Shown piece after piece: positions 1 through 10,361 of a stretch of DNA of 64,000 nt. A program made the position numbers and the translations under genes. The stretch's first letter is position 1, and each line of letters starts with the position of its first letter. The DNA lies in assembly GCA_037308085.1 (NCBI GenBank), contig CP147779.1, positions 768,001 through 832,000 on the forward strand, written 5' to 3'. The stretch is from Promethearchaeati archaeon SRVP18_Atabeyarchaeia-1 (GTDB lineage: Archaea > Asgardarchaeota > Atabeyarchaeia > Atabeyarchaeales > Atabeyarchaeaceae). The notes below the pieces were generated by a model. That model saw only the letters and a list, made by a program, of their open reading frames with translations, searched no databases and was not told the DNA's origin.

Positions 1-110
1 GGGTCAACGGGGCGAGACTGCGATCTTTTCCGCTGACACCAAGTTTAAGAACAAATACCACGGAACTAGGTCGCCCCGCAAATTGTGGGAAATCCGCTGA
101 GGATCCTCGA

Positions 111-1304
111 CTATACGATCTTGGCTTTTTGCAGCTTCTTGATCTCCTCTCTACTCATTCCCAGAACCTGTGACAATAACTCGACGGTGTGCTCGCCGAG
201 TTCAGGGGGTGCGCTTCTAATAGTCAAGGGCGTGTCTGAGAGCTTGATAGGGGTCCCGATCTGCTTTATTCTGCCGGCGACTGGGTGGTCAATCTCGATG
301 AGCATCTGCCTGTGTAGCACTTGAGCGTCCTTGAAAACCTCCTCGATCGAGTTTACGGGTCCGCATGGGACATCAGCCGCGTTCAGTTCCTGGATCCACT
401 CAGAGAGAGTCTTACCCCTGAACGTTTCTCTTAGGGTAGTGAATAGGCCAGGTTGCTCGACGGGATTCATGAAGTTTACCCTAGTAAGGTCTTTCCTGCC
501 CAAGGCGATACAGAGGTTCTTCCAGAACCATTCTTCAAGGATCCCCAGTGTAAGGTATTTACCATCTTTTGTCTCGTAGACATTGTATGCTGCTAACCCC
601 CCTGAAAGCATCATTCTACCTCGCTCGGGTGATCTGCCTTCCCCAAAGTACTCTGCGGCATGAATTGAAAGCCATGACACTATTCCATCCAGCATGGAGA
701 CGTCTACGAATTGACCTTTCCCTGTCTTCGATCTAGACAAGAGAGCAGCCAATATTGATGTTGTAGCAAGCATTCCTCCAGCACCAATATCTGCGATCTG
801 AACGCCAGGTATGACGGGTGGACCATTCTTTTCTCCTGTAATGCTGAGTATCCCTCCGTAGCCGATGTAGTCAATATCATGGCCCGAAAGGTTGCTGTAT
901 GGCCCGTGTTGACCATAACCGGAAATGGCGCAATAGATTATCCGCGGATTGATGACCTTCAGCTGGTCATAGTCTATATTGAGCCGCTTCGCCACTCCGG
1001 GTCTGAAGCTCTCCAAGATCACGTCCGACTTTGGTACGAGCCTGAGGAAGATCTCTCTCCCCTCACCGGATTTGAGATCCAGCGTAAGGCTTTTCTTGTT
1101 GCGATTCAGAATCAGATAGCGGTAACTCTTTCCATGAACCAAGGGAGGAATCCAGCGGATATAATCCCCAAAGCCCGGCTCCTCAATCTTGATCACTTCT
1201 GCGCCAAGATCCGCCAACATCAGTGAGCAGAATGGACCGGGCAGCAATCGTGAAAGATCCAGTACTCTAACCCCATCAAGTGGCAACGACAACGCGATAG
1301 TCAC
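111..1304 (-). CDS. CaiB/BaiF family III CoA-transferase
   Basis: N-terminal LDGVRVLDLSRLLPGPFCSLMLADLGAEVIKIE, NRNKKS and GHDIDY motifs. Confidence 0.93.
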   Translation of the reverse strand: MTIALSLPLDGVRVLDLSRLLPGPFCSLMLADLGAEVIKIEEPGFGDYIRWIPPLVHGKSYRYLILNRNKKSLTLDLKSGEGREIFLRLVPKSDVILESFRPGVAKRLNIDYDQLKVINPRIIYCAISGYGQHGPYSNLSGHDIDYIGYGGILSITGEKNGPPVIPGVQIADIGAGGMLATTSILAALLSRSKTGKGQFVDVSMLDGIVSWLSIHAAEYFGEGRSPERGRMMLSGGLAAYNVYETKDGKYLTLGILEEWFWKNLCIALGRKDLTRVNFMNPVEQPGLFTTLRETFRGKTLSEWIQELNAADVPCGPVNSIEEVFKDAQVLHRQMLIEIDHPVAGRIKQIGTPIKLSDTPLTIRSAPPELGEHTVELLSQVLGMSREEIKKLQKAKIV

Positions 1305-1507
1305 CCTCGATATTCTGCAACATGAAGTCTGTTAGATATGGCATCCAGCCTATAGCATTTAACGAGATGTTTATTTATTTGTAGTTAGTGTTAGTTCTGA
1401 AATCAGTGTTTGCTGGATGCAGCTATTTAGTCTATCGCTGGTCAGTGTTTATTCATAAGGCATTTCAGACCATGTTGTCGTGTGCGAGGATTGTGGAGAG
1501 TGTAACC

Positions 1508-2527
1508 TTGAGCGTGTTCAAAATCCTTGAAGAAAAAGCGAAGGTGGTTGAGAATGAGTTGCAGCCATACATCCCCCTGAAAGAGCCTAAGGAACTCTAT
1601 GAACTGATGCGTGAGTACCCCTTAAGAGGAGGGAAACGCCTGAGACCCGCATTCTGTATGCTAAGTTGTGAAGCCTTCGGCGGAAAAATGGAACGCTCCA
1701 TCAGATCCGCCACAGCCTTGGAGGTTTTCCAGAATTGGGCATTGATACACGATGATATTGAGGACGACTCAGATTTGAGGAGGGGAAAACCATGCCTCCA
1801 TAGGATCTATGGTGTCCCTCTTGCAATAAACGCTGGAGACGGTCTCCATGTAAAGATGTGGGAGATGCTGTTTGACAACCGAAGTATCTTGGGAGACGAG
1901 TTGACCTTTCGCATATTGGACGAGTTCAAGCGATTGAGTATTGAGACTGTTGAAGGGCAAGCTATTGAGATCAACTGGGTCTCGTCGAAGAAGTACGACT
2001 TGATTGACGAAGACTACTATCGAATGGCTGGCAAGAAAACATCTTGGTACACGGTTACAACCCCCTTCAGGGTAGGCGCTATAATCGCAGGTGCGGACGA
2101 GCCCGTTATAGAAAGCATCACTGATTTCGGCTGGAAGCTGGGAATAGCCTTCCAGATCCAAGACGATTTACTCAACCTCGTCGGTGAAGAATCGAAGTAT
2201 GGCAAAGAAATCGCGGGAGACATAGCCGAAGGAAAGAGAACTCTGATGCTGATCAACCTCCTCAACACCTGCAAGAAAGATGAGAAGGCAAAAGTAATGA
2301 AGATACTAGACAAGGACCGCCACGCCAAGAAGGAGACCGAAATAAAGTACATACTGGAACTGATGCAAGAATACGGAAGCATTGAATTCGGAAAGAGGAA
2401 AGCCAGAGAATTTGCGTCGCAGAGCAAAACCGTCTTGAACGACCACATGGCACCCAAGTTCAGATCCGACTCAGCTGGGAAGACAATATCCCAGCTAGTT
2501 GATTTTGTAATAAACCGGGAATACTAA
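1508..2527 (+). CDS. Polyprenyl (geranylgeranyl) diphosphate synthase
   Basis: GGKRLRP, LIHDDIEDDSDLRRG (FARM) and FQIQDDLL (SARM); likely TTG start at 1508 within ORF 1388-2527. Confidence 0.93.
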   Translation: MSVFKILEEKAKVVENELQPYIPLKEPKELYELMREYPLRGGKRLRPAFCMLSCEAFGGKMERSIRSATALEVFQNWALIHDDIEDDSDLRRGKPCLHRIYGVPLAINAGDGLHVKMWEMLFDNRSILGDELTFRILDEFKRLSIETVEGQAIEINWVSSKKYDLIDEDYYRMAGKKTSWYTVTTPFRVGAIIAGADEPVIESITDFGWKLGIAFQIQDDLLNLVGEESKYGKEIAGDIAEGKRTLMLINLLNTCKKDEKAKVMKILDKDRHAKKETEIKYILELMQEYGSIEFGKRKAREFASQSKTVLNDHMAPKFRSDSAGKTISQLVDFVINREY

Positions 2528-2596
2528 GAAAGAGAAGGGCAACTGGTTTAACGTCTCGAGGATCAGGAGTGCCATCTTCTGTCTCTTGTGAGGAGC

Positions 2597-3406
2597 CTAG
2601 TGGACGAACCACTGCCAGGCAACAGGAATTACGATTCCAAGCTGAAGCAGCATGAAGAATACTAGGAGTGTCGTCAATAGGGGAACTGTGAGATTGTCGA
2701 CGCCGAAAGGAGTTATGGCCTCAAGGATCATGGCAACAAAAGCCGCAATCAACGATATCTCAAGCATTAGTGGCAGGGTAAGCCCGACAGGCATAGCTAA
2801 AGATGGTTGAATCAATGGAACTATCGAATTGAAGTAGAACATGGTGGCCATCGCCGCAATAGTTCCAAAGACAAAGAGAGTTAATGAACCAACGACGCTC
2901 CGGCTACAGCCAAAGACTTCATACTGGGAACCGCTTCCGTATCGCTTCCCAATTAGGCATGCGAAGCCGTCGCCCCAGATCATTATCTCGATTCCGACTG
3001 CGCCCACGAAGAAGTAGAGATAATACGATCCATAGCCAAATACAGAAACTAGCAAACCGATTGAGATTATGTATAGGAGGGGTCCTATGATGTGTCCCTT
3101 TTTCCGATCCATGTCCCTAGCCATCGACTGAAACATGTCCCTAAAAGCCTTGACGCGACTCTTCGGAGTCAGGAGAAGGACAAAGACCGCTAGTGTCCAA
3201 GGAACCAAAGACACCACCCAAGAATGCTCGAAGAGGGGCCAAAAGAAAATAGCATTTCCAGCACCGATATGTACGATCTTCCTCGATATGTCAGATTTCC
3301 CCGCCTTACTTCTTTTTGAAAGGGCCGTCCCTAGCCCTATCACCGCGAAGACATAGCCGAACGCGATTACCGAAGCCAATATGTCATTTGGAAAGATACC
3401 GGACAA
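2597..3406 (-). CDS. Phytol/dolichol kinase family membrane protein (CTP-dependent isoprenoid alcohol kinase)
   Basis: SRKIVHIG, WGDGFACLIGKRYG, RSVVGS and GVDNLTVP motifs; multiple TM helices; TTG start after a GGAGG SD. Confidence 0.85.
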   Translation of the reverse strand: MSGIFPNDILASVIAFGYVFAVIGLGTALSKRSKAGKSDISRKIVHIGAGNAIFFWPLFEHSWVVSLVPWTLAVFVLLLTPKSRVKAFRDMFQSMARDMDRKKGHIIGPLLYIISIGLLVSVFGYGSYYLYFFVGAVGIEIMIWGDGFACLIGKRYGSGSQYEVFGCSRSVVGSLTLFVFGTIAAMATMFYFNSIVPLIQPSLAMPVGLTLPLMLEISLIAAFVAMILEAITPFGVDNLTVPLLTTLLVFFMLLQLGIVIPVAWQWFVH

Positions 3407-3731
3407 GCTTAGATCTTCCTCCTTCCATCGGCCCTTGACACATGCTAGTAGGTGCTGTGTGCATACAGTCACGTGCTTCATTGTTCTAAGTTATAATACT
3501 TGCTGATTGAATGAATCCCAATCATTCTCTGACATTTTTGTCTTATTCCGAGAACAAAAAGTATTTAAATTGATTTCCACAAGATAGGTAACTCAGTCTA
3601 CTGCTTCTTTCCAAGTTCCTCACGGGTCTTGGGAAGCAACATTGCCCTGGTTTTTCATCAATAGCATCGATGTCCGCACCCGTGTGGGTTCCGCCACATA
3701 GCGAGTGGATGGCAGTGGAAGGTGAGTTTCC

Positions 3732-4478
3732 GTGTCTAACTCGAGCATAAGCGAATACGAGGACTTGGCCCAAGGCATAGCGGGAGAGATAGCACTATCT
3801 GAGGGACCTGGAAGGATAATGAAGAAGTGGAGAGAGAAATTCCAAGTTCCGCAGAAGGAACTTGCTGACCACCTCGAGATTTCTCCCTCGGTCATAAGCG
3901 ACTATGAAAGCGGGAGAAGGACCTCTCCCAGAGTTGAGACAATAAGGAAGTTTGTCGACGCACTCCTGTTGCTTGATCAAAGAAGAGGAAGCCCAGTCTC
4001 CAGAGGGCTGAAGAGAATTGTTGGTACAGGAATTCCACCCGATATTTTGCTCGATCTCAGAAAGTTCCAAGCTCCCATCAAGGTGAGGGATTTCTGTGAG
4101 TACCTGCATGCCAGGATTGTTGCAGGCAAGGATTTTGCTGACAGAGAAGTATGGGGCTACACCGCAATAAACAGCGTTGCCGCCATACTCAGACTCGACG
4201 TCAAACAGCTCTTTGAATTGCAGAGGCAGACCTCTGGTCGCGCAGCCATATTCACCAACGTATCTACCGGAAGATCGCCTCTCGTTGCTATAAAAAGCAG
4301 TCAGATAGGCTTTCAGAACAGAGTGAACCCGACGCTAATTGTTCTACACGGTCTTGATCCAAACAGAGTGGATATCGTAGCCCTAAAGATATCCGAAACC
4401 GAACGCATCCCCCTGGCGGTGTCTACCATAAAGGGTGTAGACGAGCTAGTTAGAAGACTACGGACTTTCAATTCCTAG
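3732..4478 (+). CDS. XRE-HTH transcriptional regulator (COG1709-like), paralog 1
   Basis: IAGEIALSEGPG, SPSVISDYESGRR and FTNVSTGRSPLVAIK; paralog of 28882-29592. Confidence 0.88.
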   Translation: MSNSSISEYEDLAQGIAGEIALSEGPGRIMKKWREKFQVPQKELADHLEISPSVISDYESGRRTSPRVETIRKFVDALLLLDQRRGSPVSRGLKRIVGTGIPPDILLDLRKFQAPIKVRDFCEYLHARIVAGKDFADREVWGYTAINSVAAILRLDVKQLFELQRQTSGRAAIFTNVSTGRSPLVAIKSSQIGFQNRVNPTLIVLHGLDPNRVDIVALKISETERIPLAVSTIKGVDELVRRLRTFNS

Positions 4479-4503
4479 GAGGAGCTGCGTCAAACGTTTG
4501 CGT

Positions 4504-5064
4504 TCATGTCTGTTGCTTCCGAGAGATCAGGGAGTTTAATTCGGTCTCAATCTCCTTTGTGCGATTGAATGCTCGCGTCAGCGTAGAGTTCCTGCCATAT
4601 TTCCTGAACCACTTGTCATATCGTTCTCTCACCGTGGTTCTCCCATTCTCCGAAGTAGTCTTATCAGCATAGCAGACTATCTTCTCTTCCATCTTCATCG
4701 AAACGGGCTTCTCTTCATTCGATTCGGATTCTAGGTCAGACTTATCCGCGAGCACTCCGCAAAGAACGTGCGTTTCGGCGATTCTGGCAAGGCAATCCGG
4801 ATAGCCCAACTCACGTAGCATCTGCGCGCCAACCTTTCCATGCGCTATTCCATGCACCCTAGACCTTCCGATGTCATGAAGGAGGGCGCCGGCCTCAACC
4901 AAGGCAGTGTCGACGCTAACCCCGTTCTGACACATTCTCGTAGCGATTTCGAGCGAGGTTCTGGCCACAACCGTAGAGTGTTCTATGATCTTACTATCCA
5001 GACCCACTTTTCTAAGGAGGCGCAAGCAGCTCTCCCTACTCGGAATCCCACGCTTCAATTTCAT
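4504..5064 (-). CDS. HDIG-domain metal-dependent phosphohydrolase
   Basis: EHS...ALLHDIGR...HG...EEKIVCYADK. Confidence 0.88.
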   Translation of the reverse strand: MKLKRGIPSRESCLRLLRKVGLDSKIIEHSTVVARTSLEIATRMCQNGVSVDTALVEAGALLHDIGRSRVHGIAHGKVGAQMLRELGYPDCLARIAETHVLCGVLADKSDLESESNEEKPVSMKMEEKIVCYADKTTSENGRTTVRERYDKWFRKYGRNSTLTRAFNRTKEIETELNSLISRKQQT

Positions 5065-5115
5065 GCCCGCCCAATTACCATGAAGCAGTAATCAGAAATC
5101 AACTATTCCAGAACC

Positions 5116-6150
5116 CTATCTCGCTCTCCTACGCGGGATCTTTCCCCTTCTGTCTATAGTGGAGTCAATGTCCGCTCCGGTCCCCACAATTGCGACCGGT
5201 ACCTTGATCTTCTCCTCGATTTCCTTGATGAACGCTAATGCTTCTCTTGGAAGATCCTCCTCAGACTTTGCATCCTTGCACTGGGGGAATAATACGTCAA
5301 GTTTGGTTATCGCCACCTTCGTTGCCCCGTTAAGCATGGCGGCTCTTCGAGCTAAATCGAAGTTGAAGGGTGCTGCCCTTCTGAGTCTGCCCGTCACTGT
5401 CCCGTATTCAGTCCAGCCCCTCCTCTTGGTTTCATCCTCGTTCAGCTCTCCGGGGAGCTCTCCTGCACCCACACGAGTCACGAAGGACTTGAAGACAACC
5501 AACACATCATCAATACGAGTTGGACCAATGCCCACGTCTGCGCATGCCCCCGAAGCGCAGACATCCTTACTTGTGCAATATGGATAGGTCCCGTGAAACA
5601 AGGACAGAAATGTGCCCTGTGTTCCCTCAACTATGACAACATTCCCCTTGTCAAGGGCATCATTTGCCTCCTTAGAGGTATCCGCTAGAAATTCCTTCAA
5701 CTCGGGTATATCCCTGGCTAGTTTGGTCAACCTCAAAGCTCTGTCTGCATTGCAGGGCCCCGTACCACTCCCCGTCGTACCCACCTTTGATGACAGATGA
5801 GTGTCTTGCTTGTCCCGATCTATGTGCTGTCGCTCTATGATTGCACATTGCCTATCGACCCCTATCCTTCCCCTAACCTTCGTCTTCTCAATCTCATCAA
5901 AGAAAATGCTGGGGTCGACTAAGACTCCTGGCCCGATAAGGAGCCTCGCCTTTTCATACGGGAACCCGCTCGGAACCTGCCTGAGCCTGACAGTTGTTCC
6001 ACCCACGCTGAACGAGTGACCAGCATTCGTCCCCACACCGGCCCTAGCAACTATCGCAGGGCGATCTCTCACCGACAGGTAGGCAACAATCTTGCCCTTG
6101 CCCTCGTCACCAAAGAACCCCCCTACTATAACTGTGCAAGGCATCAGCAA
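5116..6150 (-). CDS. purA: Adenylosuccinate synthetase (short archaeal type)
   Basis: GGFFGDEGKGK, NAGH, GTTGSGTGP, EGTQG, GTYPYCTS and GTVTGRLRR. Confidence 0.97.
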   Translation of the reverse strand: MLMPCTVIVGGFFGDEGKGKIVAYLSVRDRPAIVARAGVGTNAGHSFSVGGTTVRLRQVPSGFPYEKARLLIGPGVLVDPSIFFDEIEKTKVRGRIGVDRQCAIIERQHIDRDKQDTHLSSKVGTTGSGTGPCNADRALRLTKLARDIPELKEFLADTSKEANDALDKGNVVIVEGTQGTFLSLFHGTYPYCTSKDVCASGACADVGIGPTRIDDVLVVFKSFVTRVGAGELPGELNEDETKRRGWTEYGTVTGRLRRAAPFNFDLARRAAMLNGATKVAITKLDVLFPQCKDAKSEEDLPREALAFIKEIEEKIKVPVAIVGTGADIDSTIDRRGKIPRRRAR

Positions 6151-6670
6151 TTCACCTCAGCCGTCAAGACTCACGAGATACGCGTAAAGAAGAGCGGGAT
6201 AAGCTTGATCTATTCCCCTAATAAAACCTATCCAAGAACACCTAGGAGCCCTAGGCACGTTAAAATACGGATCCTGCCTCCTTACCTGATAGATGCCGGG
6301 CCATGAAATAGAGTTTTGATCTGATTACAAGGTCCAAAATGACGAAAAGGCATTAGGATGAGCCTGGCATCGCTTTCGTCACCGCCGTCGGCTTCAGGTT
6401 CTTCGAAGATTCAAAGATATGAAAGCATGGGCTTGAAGGTGCTGCCAGTGAGAAGAGATTCCCTCACAGAGATATCGCCGTTTCTCCTCTCACTAAGAAT
6501 CATGCAAATTGGTCGATTTGATTCAACGTTCGGGCGGAATTCCCAGAATGCGGATCTTGGCTGCGATTTGAGGCGATTGTTGGAGTGTAAATATGATTAA
6601 TCCCCAACATTGCCTTGACATCATGCCGCTTGTAGGAAGCACAAATTGCCATGGGGTTCTCCAAGTGATA

Positions 6671-7738
6671 ATGGCAAGACCTGAAGAAAGAAGGAAGAAG
6701 CCAATTATGAGGGTCCCAGTGGCAAGTGTCAACGGACAACCCTTGATGCCTACCACTCCCCAAAGAGCCAGAACACTACTAAGAGCCGGCATTGCTGAGA
6801 AGCGCTGGAACAAACTCGGACAATTCTACATTCAGATGCGGCAAGACATCGCATCAAACAGGCAGGGACTCTGCCTAGCGGTAGACACTGGAAGCAAGTG
6901 GGATGGCGTCGCTGTACTATCCACGATTGGAGTCATCACTAGTAGCATGCTCGTACTTCCCTTGGGGGTGGCAGAGAGACTTGACCGGCGACGAATGATA
7001 CGTCGAGCAAGACGTCACAGGAAGACACGCAGACGACCCCAACGATTTGACAATAGACGCAAACCTGAAGGATGGCTCGCACCAAGCCAGAAAGCCAAAG
7101 TAGACTTCCGAATAAGGATCGTCGATGAACTGTGCAAAATCTATCCTGCAACCCAGTTCGCGGTCGAAGACGTGCACTTCAACAAATACAAAAGGCGCTG
7201 GACAAGGCATGCTAACACCGCCGAGCAAGGCAAAACGATGTTCTACAGGCACCTAAGAAAACTCGGAAGGCTTACACTCTACGACGGATTCGAGACCGCA
7301 GAGTTCAGAAAGAGCCTGAAACTGCAGAAAAATGGAGTTAAGCGAGAACTAACTTGGGATACACATGCGATAGACGCCATTGCAATTGGTTGCAATGACA
7401 TTGGATGTGTCAATCCCTACCCACAAGAATTCTGGGTTTGGAGACGCTCCCAGCCTCCCAGACGACAACTCCAGCGAATTCAACCTAGAAAAGGCGGCAA
7501 CCGAGTACGTTACGGAGGAACTTGGAGCATCCCGCCATTCAAGAAAGGCGACGTGGTTCAGTACCGCGGCGGTCTTGCCAGGGTCGGAGGTTTCAGGGAC
7601 GGCCTAATTTCACTACACAACTTTGATCTAGATAACGAGCGCTTCACAACGAGAGCAAAGCCAGACGAGTGTAAACGACTCTTCAACCAACGAGTCTTCA
7701 GCAAATATGAAAGGCTTCAGTTAATCTTACCGCCGTAG
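6671..7738 (+). CDS. isrB: IsrB-type OMEGA nickase (RRXRR/PLMP, split RuvC, no HNH)
   Basis: GQPLMPTT, RuvC-I LAVDTGSK, Arg-rich bridge helix, RuvC-II VEDV and RuvC-III HAIDA; no HNH insertion; start at 6671 or 6707. Confidence 0.85.
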   Translation: MARPEERRKKPIMRVPVASVNGQPLMPTTPQRARTLLRAGIAEKRWNKLGQFYIQMRQDIASNRQGLCLAVDTGSKWDGVAVLSTIGVITSSMLVLPLGVAERLDRRRMIRRARRHRKTRRRPQRFDNRRKPEGWLAPSQKAKVDFRIRIVDELCKIYPATQFAVEDVHFNKYKRRWTRHANTAEQGKTMFYRHLRKLGRLTLYDGFETAEFRKSLKLQKNGVKRELTWDTHAIDAIAIGCNDIGCVNPYPQEFWVWRRSQPPRRQLQRIQPRKGGNRVRYGGTWSIPPFKKGDVVQYRGGLARVGGFRDGLISLHNFDLDNERFTTRAKPDECKRLFNQRVFSKYERLQLILPP

Positions 7739-7780
7739 CGCTGGGATCTCCTTGAGGTGGTTTGACAAAGCGTACAGCGA

Positions 7781-8020
7781 GTCAGTTACCCATGTATGAA
7801 GGACATGGGTTTGAGATGGTGGCATCAACGCAAGGGCTGACTAGCCTAAGGGGCAACTCAAGCCCCTCCCCGTGTCGGGCTATAAGAACGTACGAATGCG
7901 AGACCTAGTTCGTACCTCTTCGGGAGAACCACTGAATCCAATGGCTGCTGGAAACGGTAGCCTATGCCCGACTTGGCTTGGCGAAGGTCACTAAACCCGC
8001 AAGGGGGCGAATATCGCCAC
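7781..8020 (+). ncRNA. omega-RNA (HEARO-like) scaffold downstream of isrB
   Basis: GTCAG...CTGAC-TAGCCTAAG adaptor with internal CCCATGT/ACATGGG hairpin; GTCGGGC/GCCCGAC stem; GTACGAA-TGC...CTAG-TTCGTAC stem; TTGGCGAAGG and AACCCGCAAGGG motifs. Confidence 0.75.
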
Positions 8021-8654
8021 CAACTCTTCGAGATCCAAGCATGCTGTCAGATAACTCATAATATCTGCGACTCTCAGATAGCTAGGCTTACAATCGATCC
8101 CGGATTTTGACATGGCTACACAAGTGATGGTTTATGAGAAGGGATAAACTTAAATTGAACAAAGTACTTTTCATGGCTGAAATGAGGAAACGACGGTCGT
8201 CTTGAGCGCCGCGCGGCGCAGTGATGAGGCGTACAGCCGCTGATCTTTCCCGTCTATTGTCTCCCTGCCTCGAAGGCATTGTTGCTGGGGTATGATGTTT
8301 GGTGGGGGAGGTGGGAGACATCTTTTTATAGATCATAGCACACGAGAATATTGTTCTTGGTTCAGGGAGTTAGTGCTGCTTTATTTCTGTTTCATCATCG
8401 GTCCTACTTAGGAGTAGTTTCTGATGAAAGGGAATACGAAGTATGTTTTCGTGACAGGGGGCAACAGAATCGGATTACACGTTACCTAGAGGTTGTGTCG
8501 ACAGCGTTTTCAGCTTCTTCACGAAATGCGTTTAAGAGGAATGAAGACAGATCCTATCACACATGGTGGTATTATTGGTGAGAATCCTCTTTCGGAAATA
8601 AAGATCCTATTCAGTTATTCTTGAGTAATGAGAGACTCATCTTCAGGTGTAGCA

Positions 8655-10361
8655 ATGATGAGAGGCAATACCAAATACATTTTTGTAACAGGCGGTGTCA
8701 TGTCGGGGCTGGGGAAGGGGGTTAGCGCTGCCTCGATTGGGAAGATTATGCAGTTTAGGGGTTTTGATGTTGACGCCATTAAGATTGATCCCTACCTCAA
8801 CGTGGATCCGGGGACGCTGAACCCGGTGGAGCATGGGGAGGTCTTCATAACGGATAACGTTTGGGAGTTTAGGCCTGTTGAAGATATGATGCTCAGGATC
8901 TCGGAAATAGACCAGGATTTTGGCACCTACGAGAGGTTTCTTGGCAAGAGCATCGATCCATCCCACAACATAACTTCGGGGCAGGTTTATCTAACGGTTA
9001 TCATGAGGGAGAGGCGCGGTGACTTTCTCGGTAAGACTGTCCAGATCATTCCACACGTCACAGATGAGATAAAGAGTAGGCTTAGAAAAGTTGTTGAAGA
9101 GGACAAGCCTGACCTCCTTATCACCGAAGTCGGTGGAACCGTAGGCGATATAGAGTCCAGTCCTTATCTTGAAGCTATTAGACAGATCAGGTTGGAGGAG
9201 AAAAGGGAGAATGTTGTTCTGGTTCACGTGACCTTGGTGCCTTACCTTGAAACCGTGGGTCAATTGAAGTCGAAGCCTACGCAGCACAGCGTCAGGTTGT
9301 TGCAACAGGCGGGTTTGCAGCCCGACGTGATACTTGGCAGAGCCGTAGTGCCACTGACGACTGATGTCAAGCGGAAGATCAGCTTGTTCTGCAACGTCCA
9401 GCCTGAAGCCGTCATATCAAACCCAAATCTGGAAGTCGTGTATGAACTTCCAATACTATTCGAGAAGGAAGGGCTAGGCGATCATCTATGCAAAATACTC
9501 GATCTTCCCAAGAGACGAGTAGACAGCAGCCATTGGGCGAATGTGGTCAACCTTTACAAGAATGTGACACGAGAAGTATCCATCGCGATGCCAGGAAAAT
9601 ACGTCGCGATTCCAGACAGCTATGTCAGCATCAACGAGGCTTTAAGGCATGCTGGCGCGGCTTCCAGCGCGACCGCAAAGATCAACTGGATAGATACGGA
9701 GCTAATTGAGAAAGAGCCAGAGAAAAGGAAAGATCTTCTGAAATACGACGGAATCCTTGCGACGCCGGGATTTGGCGGGAGAGGCGTGGAAGGAATGATC
9801 TTGACTGCTCAGACGGCTCTGGAATTCGGGATGCCTTACCTAGGAATATGCTACGGCGCGCAAATGCTCTTCATCGCATTCTGCAGAACGGTGTTGGGCT
9901 TAAAGAATGCCAACACGACTGAAGTCGAGCCCGAGACACCGTTCCCCGTAGTTGACTTCCTTCCAGAACAGAAGCTAATAGATAGCAAGGGCGGGACGAT
10001 GAGGCTAGGAGGGCACGTTGTTAAAATAAAGAAAGGAACCAAACTCTACAGCGCCTACGGGAAAGACGCGGTTGTCGAACGGTTCAGGCACAGATATCAT
10101 CTAATAAGCGATTACATGCAGCAAGCGGAGAAAGCCGGGCTCGTAGTATCAGCTTATGATGAAACAGGCAAGATCATCAACGCTATCGAAATTGGAGGGA
10201 ACGCATGGATCTTGGGGGTTCAGTTTCACCCCGAGTTCACCAGCAGACCTGATAATCCGAACCCTCTTTACTCTGCGTTTATTAGGGCCGCGATAGAATG
10301 GAGAGACGGAGGGAAGAAGACCAATCCCCTCAAATTGGCCGAAGTAGGTTCAAGGCAATGA
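8655..10361 (+). CDS. pyrG: CTP synthase
   Basis: KYIFVTGGVMSGLGKG, KIDPYLNVDPGT, GGTVGDIES, LGICYG and QFHPEF. Confidence 0.98.
   Translation: MMRGNTKYIFVTGGVMSGLGKGVSAASIGKIMQFRGFDVDAIKIDPYLNVDPGTLNPVEHGEVFITDNVWEFRPVEDMMLRISEIDQDFGTYERFLGKSIDPSHNITSGQVYLTVIMRERRGDFLGKTVQIIPHVTDEIKSRLRKVVEEDKPDLLITEVGGTVGDIESSPYLEAIRQIRLEEKRENVVLVHVTLVPYLETVGQLKSKPTQHSVRLLQQAGLQPDVILGRAVVPLTTDVKRKISLFCNVQPEAVISNPNLEVVYELPILFEKEGLGDHLCKILDLPKRRVDSSHWANVVNLYKNVTREVSIAMPGKYVAIPDSYVSINEALRHAGAASSATAKINWIDTELIEKEPEKRKDLLKYDGILATPGFGGRGVEGMILTAQTALEFGMPYLGICYGAQMLFIAFCRTVLGLKNANTTEVEPETPFPVVDFLPEQKLIDSKGGTMRLGGHVVKIKKGTKLYSAYGKDAVVERFRHRYHLISDYMQQAEKAGLVVSAYDETGKIINAIEIGGNAWILGVQFHPEFTSRPDNPNPLYSAFIRAAIEWRDGGKKTNPLKLAEVGSRQ

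Noticed and set aside
1-80. GC-rich stem (CGGGGCGA/TCGCCCCG) with an inner TTCCG/CGGAA helix at the window edge, possibly part of a tRNA, SRP RNA or other spliced RNA
   Set aside because: Truncated by the window edge; no cloverleaf or family motif could be completed
8850-8905. Insertion in PyrG (NVWEFRPVEDMMLRIS) relative to the usual GEVFVTDDG motif
   Set aside because: In frame with no hairpin or BHB; treated as a lineage-specific protein insertion
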